Virus record (IMG/VR): IMGVR_UViG_3300012667_001143
Location: 1-64,000 of that record
DNA length: 64,000 nt
Reading direction: 5' to 3' (one strand)
Source of the DNA: a virus
Lineage: Duplodnaviria > Caudoviricetes
Position 1 is the stretch's first letter, and each line of letters starts with the position of its first letter. The position numbers and the translations under genes were made by a program. The notes beneath the pieces are model-generated. The model was not told where the DNA came from. It did no database searches and saw only the letters and a list, made by a program, of their open reading frames with translations. Positions 59,911 to 64,000 of this stretch are shown piece after piece.

Positions 59911-62263
59911 ATCTATCTGTTCCAGGGAACCCTCCAAATGGTAAAGAATTTTGCGATGTTTGAATTAATGTTGTTTCAAATTGCGTGATGTAATTTGTTT
60001 CTTGCAAATCTATACTTCCAGTATATTCTCCACTTAAGTTAATTTTTAAATTCTGATTATTAGAAGCTGATACACTGTATGAAGATGTTCCAGTAATGTC
60101 CATATCCCACCAAGCAAATAATCCAGTTTTTAAAATTGGTTTGTTTTGACTTACTCCTGTAAATTCTGCGTATGTTCTAGGAATTGGGAACTTAATTTCT
60201 TTATTGTCATCTTCCCTATTAAAGAATTCTTTTCTGGCATCAATACCATCGAATCCAGTCCATATAGCAGTTGCTCCTAATTTAATATTACTAGTTAATT
60301 TAATATTAGAATATACTCCAGAATTTCTAGGATTTGGTGTGAATGTATCGCCGCTTGAAAACTGCCAATCATTGATTCCGAACTTAAGACTTGTTGTAGA
60401 TCCAGTGTAACTTGGATTTTTAAACAAAAAGAATTCTCCAGAAAACTTTAATTGTGGATTTCTAGGTTTTAATATGTATTCTGCAAAAGTAGAGCTATCC
60501 GCTCCGTACATTTTTATATAACCTTCTGGAAAAGAAGTTACGCCTGTTCCGCTGGTTTGACCACCGAATGCCTCTAAATAAAACGGTTGATTTGTTTGGA
60601 AATCCCAAGGCATAGAAATAGACCTATTCACTGTTGTATATGAAGGGGTTGGCGCTCCAGAATATTGTCTTGTCGCAAAATCTAATACTAAATTACCTCC
60701 ACTTGCATAAAGATTCAAACCGCTATACTGACAATTTGTTTTTACATTGTGAAAAATATTAAGCAATTGATCGTTTCTAGTAACCCCATTTGGAAAACTA
60801 AAATATGAAGCGATATGTAAATCTTTCGAAGTTGCTATTCCGCTTGATAAAAAATCATCGTTATAAACAGCTAAACCAGAAGGCTCAAATATACATACTT
60901 CGCCAAGACCAGCATTGGTATCAGAACTTATACCACTAATAATTATTTGATCTATATATGAAGCGTTGAACACATTTGTACTTCTAGATCCACTATTATA
61001 CACTACAGATTCTAAGCTACCCTCTACATCTCCATTAAGAAGTAATTTTATAGATGCGTCTCCAAAATTGTTGTTTCCTTGCCTATCGTATAAATCGATT
61101 CTATTTATTAATCTTGGGCGATCCCAAGTGAATTGGATATAAGGATTTGCGGCTCCAGAACTAACCCATGAGTAAGCAGTATCAACGTTCTTAACGGATA
61201 CGCCAGTTAATCCATCTACAACGTTTCTGAAAGAAGAACCCGATAATACACTAGAACCAGTAATAGAAGCTTCTGAAGCAATGTTATTGCTATTGTATCT
61301 TGATTTGTGGGAGAAATTTATATAAGAATTTGTTATTGGGTAATTAGTAGTCTCTGAAGTTTGCAGTTCTCCGTTTGAAAATCTTTTTTTGCAACCATCT
61401 AATTTTTTATTGCATCCGTCTTTTAACCAGAATGTTTCATTATTATCTGGGGCATTATATTCTGTAGAGACATGTCCGCTTTGAGAGACATACCATATTT
61501 TTGCGGGCCTACTTTTTTCTTTGGTACCTGGTCTTGGATTTATTGTAATTTTATTATTAAAACGAAACGCTGGAGTTCCGCTCTCATAATAAATACCAGT
61601 ATCCCACTCACCAGTGCTGAAGATTGTATTCCATTTATTTTCAGAATCATTATTCAACTTTAAGGTTTGACCATATTCGGTTTCTATTGGAAGACCTTCA
61701 TAATTGCAACCATTTCCTCTGTAATACCATGAACAGTATCTAGCTATAATCAATCTATTATTGACTTCAAAGTTTTCTAAATCAAGAGGAGATGAAAGTT
61801 CGAATTCGACAAAAACTTTATTTTCTGCGGTTTTTTGACTGATAACAAAAGTATCTAAACTTAATTCTGCTGATGAGTCTGCTTGTCCCCACGGATTACC
61901 ACCATCAAAATTAATATCATCTAAGTATTTTACAAAAGTTCTTTTTCTGATTAATTTGCCAAATTGAAAATCCTTATTGTTTAATAAAGCTTGAGTGATA
62001 GCGTAATCTTTGTTGGATATTCTAATCTTTGGTCTTGGTAGTTGATTGCTTGCATTGACTTCAAAACCTTCAGATTCTACAGGCAGACTTCCATATTTTT
62101 TACCTTGCCATGAAATCTCTCCTTCAAATATAGCTCCTCCATGAAACATCAAGATAGCATCTGGTTTATCAATAGTATTGAAATGCAACTGAAATAACTC
62201 TACTATAGCAGTAGGCTGCAAATCAGTTAAACTTCTAGCAATTTTATCTTGTCCTTGTCCCAT
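59900..62263 (-). CDS. Minor tail protein L with large carbohydrate-binding-like insertions
   Basis: IVELFQL..PVESEGFE..PRPKIRISN, YCSWYYRG.GC..C.K.L.GC.KRF, terminal LPFGGFPG. Confidence 0.9.
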   Translation of the reverse strand: MGQGQDKIARSLTDLQPTAIVELFQLHFNTIDKPDAILMFHGGAIFEGEISWQGKKYGSLPVESEGFEVNASNQLPRPKIRISNKDYAITQALLNNKDFQFGKLIRKRTFVKYLDDINFDGGNPWGQADSSAELSLDTFVISQKTAENKVFVEFELSSPLDLENFEVNNRLIIARYCSWYYRGNGCNYEGLPIETEYGQTLKLNNDSENKWNTIFSTGEWDTGIYYESGTPAFRFNNKITINPRPGTKEKSRPAKIWYVSQSGHVSTEYNAPDNNETFWLKDGCNKKLDGCKKRFSNGELQTSETTNYPITNSYINFSHKSRYNSNNIASEASITGSSVLSGSSFRNVVDGLTGVSVKNVDTAYSWVSSGAANPYIQFTWDRPRLINRIDLYDRQGNNNFGDASIKLLLNGDVEGSLESVVYNSGSRSTNVFNASYIDQIIISGISSDTNAGLGEVCIFEPSGLAVYNDDFLSSGIATSKDLHIASYFSFPNGVTRNDQLLNIFHNVKTNCQYSGLNLYASGGNLVLDFATRQYSGAPTPSYTTVNRSISMPWDFQTNQPFYLEAFGGQTSGTGVTSFPEGYIKMYGADSSTFAEYILKPRNPQLKFSGEFFLFKNPSYTGSTTSLKFGINDWQFSSGDTFTPNPRNSGVYSNIKLTSNIKLGATAIWTGFDGIDARKEFFNREDDNKEIKFPIPRTYAEFTGVSQNKPILKTGLFAWWDMDITGTSSYSVSASNNQNLKINLSGEYTGSIDLQETNYITQFETTLIQTSQNSLPFGGFPGTDRYGR

Positions 62264-62269
62264 AAAGAA

Positions 62270-62277
62270 ATTTACAC
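62270..62277 (-). promoter_or_regulatory. GTGTAAAT putative phage promoter motif
   Basis: 6 nt upstream of the gpL ATG; heads the L-K-I-J operon. Confidence 0.6.
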
Positions 62278-62296
62278 TTTATAATAAATATTTAAC

Positions 62297-62731
62297 ATGA
62301 ACTTTACACTAATAAAAAGCTTGGAAAGCAATCAAGAAAAACAAATAATAAGTTTCTTTTTGAAATCCAAACCTTATTCGTTTTGTTCTCTGCCGTCTCA
62401 TTCTTTGTGCGTTTTTAAAATCAAAGAGTATTTGAATTTTCTTCTTGAAAATTGCGACGTATATATTTGCAAGGATTTTTTTGTGGCTGTTTCTATGGAA
62501 GCAGATACAGTGATTGTTGAATTTGTTTATGGATCACCTTTTAATGTCATAGGAGATTTTGAAAGATTTCGCAAATGGTTCAAATCAAAAAACAATCAAG
62601 TAACCCACTTCTATACAGAAATACAAAGAAAGCATAAACGCAAGTCTTTTCTGAAATTTATTGAGAAGCGAGACAGAAATGCTCAAATAAAGCTTGACAA
62701 TCAGAAAATCTGCGTATTATGGAATACATAA
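62297..62731 (+). CDS. Hypothetical protein
   Basis: 144-aa ORF divergent from gpL. Confidence 0.55.
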   Translation: MNFTLIKSLESNQEKQIISFFLKSKPYSFCSLPSHSLCVFKIKEYLNFLLENCDVYICKDFFVAVSMEADTVIVEFVYGSPFNVIGDFERFRKWFKSKNNQVTHFYTEIQRKHKRKSFLKFIEKRDRNAQIKLDNQKICVLWNT

Positions 62732-63243
62732 TGGCTTATAGAAATAAATACGATAAAGATGGCTCCTCATTTAATCTGGGGTTGAACGCAGAAAATAGCT
62801 TTGTCGCAGCCGCGAAGAAAAACGGTATGGAAGTGAAGCAATCCTCTAGGGAGGATGAATTCAATCATATTGATTTCTTTGTATCGAAGGACAACTTGAA
62901 GTTCTCTGTGGAAGTGAAGTCTCGCAAGAAAATCAAAAGAGCCGATTCTAAGGTTAACGATGATTTGATTTGGATCGAGTTCAAGAATGTTAGGGGATCG
63001 CGTGGGTGGCTTTATGGTCACGCAGACGCTGTAGCATTCGAACGAGAGGATCACTTTGTAATTGTGGATCGAAAGCTTCTTGCAAGGCTCTGTGAGCGCT
63101 TGTGTGACCTAACTAAGATGAACACTGATGTTAAGATGCCTCTTTATGTGGGATACCAACGTCGAGATCGCAAAGATGTTTTATCTTTGATTAAGATGAC
63201 TGACATCATGACAAACATCAAGCATGTCATTCTTCCTAAATGA
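62731..63243 (+). CDS. PD-(D/E)xK endonuclease-like protein
   Basis: G..AE..F, HIDFFV, VEVKSRK, WIEFKN..G..GWLYG. Confidence 0.75.
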   Translation: MAYRNKYDKDGSSFNLGLNAENSFVAAAKKNGMEVKQSSREDEFNHIDFFVSKDNLKFSVEVKSRKKIKRADSKVNDDLIWIEFKNVRGSRGWLYGHADAVAFEREDHFVIVDRKLLARLCERLCDLTKMNTDVKMPLYVGYQRRDRKDVLSLIKMTDIMTNIKHVILPK

Positions 63244-63905
63244 ATCCAGAAATCAGCTTCATACCAACCCAATCAAAACAGTGGGTTCTACATTTGATCT
63301 TTGTTCGCATTCCAAAAAATGCGAGCACTTCTATTTACCATCACTTAGGTAAATACAATTTGGTTAAAAAATACGAACCATATTTTAAAAACAACTGTAA
63401 CAATCCTCTGTATCGAAATTTCTTCGATACGACTCACGCCAAACCTGAAGAAATTAAAAAGATCATTCCAGCAAATGTAAATAATTACTTTTCTTTTTGT
63501 GTTGTTCGGAATCCGTGGGATCGGTTTGTTTCTATGTATTCCTTCTCTTTGAAGAATAAACTTTGGAAGCTTTTTGGTCTCGATGAAGAACCATCTTTTT
63601 TAGAGTTTTGTAAAATCTGTGAACAACGAAAAGAAGATGGAGATCCTTATTTCTTTCCAATTCAACAACAGTGTGAATGGCTTTCTGGTGGATTCGATGT
63701 TAAGAAAATTCTTACGTTTGAAAATTTAAAAACAGAATTCGCGGAAATGATTCAAGATATTAATGCTTGCCATATATCTCCTCACCTGCCTCACATGAAC
63801 GCGACAGATCATAAAAATTATCAACATTATTATAATGATTATACTAAAGATTTAGTCGCTGAACTTTATAATAAAGATATCGAACAATTTAATTACCAAT
63901 TTTAA
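63240..63905 (+). CDS. Sulfotransferase family 2 (carbohydrate sulfotransferase-like)
   Basis: 5'-PSB RIPKNASTS, 3'-PB VRNPWDRFVSMY, FENL, Y..D...F.Y. Confidence 0.88.
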   Translation: MNPEISFIPTQSKQWVLHLIFVRIPKNASTSIYHHLGKYNLVKKYEPYFKNNCNNPLYRNFFDTTHAKPEEIKKIIPANVNNYFSFCVVRNPWDRFVSMYSFSLKNKLWKLFGLDEEPSFLEFCKICEQRKEDGDPYFFPIQQQCEWLSGGFDVKKILTFENLKTEFAEMIQDINACHISPHLPHMNATDHKNYQHYYNDYTKDLVAELYNKDIEQFNYQF

Positions 63906-64000
63906 TGAAAATAAAAATCGCAGCTACAAACCCTGTTTTCGAAAATTTTTCTCTTGGACAAGAGGTTTCTTTTTCTATTTCTGTTCTTGAGGATGGAATG
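63905..64000 (+). CDS. Partial ORF running off the window
   Basis: TAATG coupling; MKIKIAATNPVF... open to the edge. Confidence 0.5.
   Translation, partial: MKIKIAATNPVFENFSLGQEVSFSISVLEDGM

Noticed and set aside
1-64000. Stop-codon reassignment; tRNA genes; prophage status
   Set aside because: Standard-code ORFs tile the window densely and use TAA, TGA and TAG. Apart from the ~15.5 kb gap, where I saw no cloverleaf, intergenic gaps are too short for tRNAs. No integrase or host genes were seen.

Overview
A 64-kb, AT-rich, gene-dense segment of a large tailed dsDNA phage genome, read with the standard genetic code. No integrase, tRNA, CRISPR array or host housekeeping context was seen. It contains: (i) a lambda-like non-contractile tail gene set split between two distant loci (a 2548-aa tape measure, tandem Dit/gpM and tube-like proteins at 1-11.7 kb on +; gpL, gpK, gpI and gpJ at 53-62 kb on -), plus a fibre/LRR cassette at 39-47 kb; (ii) an extensive replication and nucleotide-metabolism set (DnaB, DnaG, a DnaE split into PHP, exonuclease and polymerase genes, a RecA-like protein, SSB, a Rad52-like annealase, class Id-like RNR, dUTPase, dNMP kinase); (iii) a phage sigma factor, sigma70-type promoters and a separate GTGTAA(A/T) promoter-like motif; (iv) a ClpA/C ATPase, a SET methyltransferase and a pseudokinase; (v) at least 6 glycosyltransferases plus NDP-sugar, methyl-, acetyl-, amino- and sulfotransferase genes. 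The most notable signals are these. The tape measure carries two PD-(D/E)xK nuclease-like cassettes bounded by a repeated AAGGxxPNFA motif. Exposed virion proteins are strongly enriched in Ser/Thr-Gly dipeptides, a candidate sequon for a phage-encoded virion glycosylation system. CCGG appears to be absent from the window. A structured, promoter-driven non-coding element lies at about 15.5 kb. All calls are from motif recognition by eye and counts are hand counts; no database searches were run.
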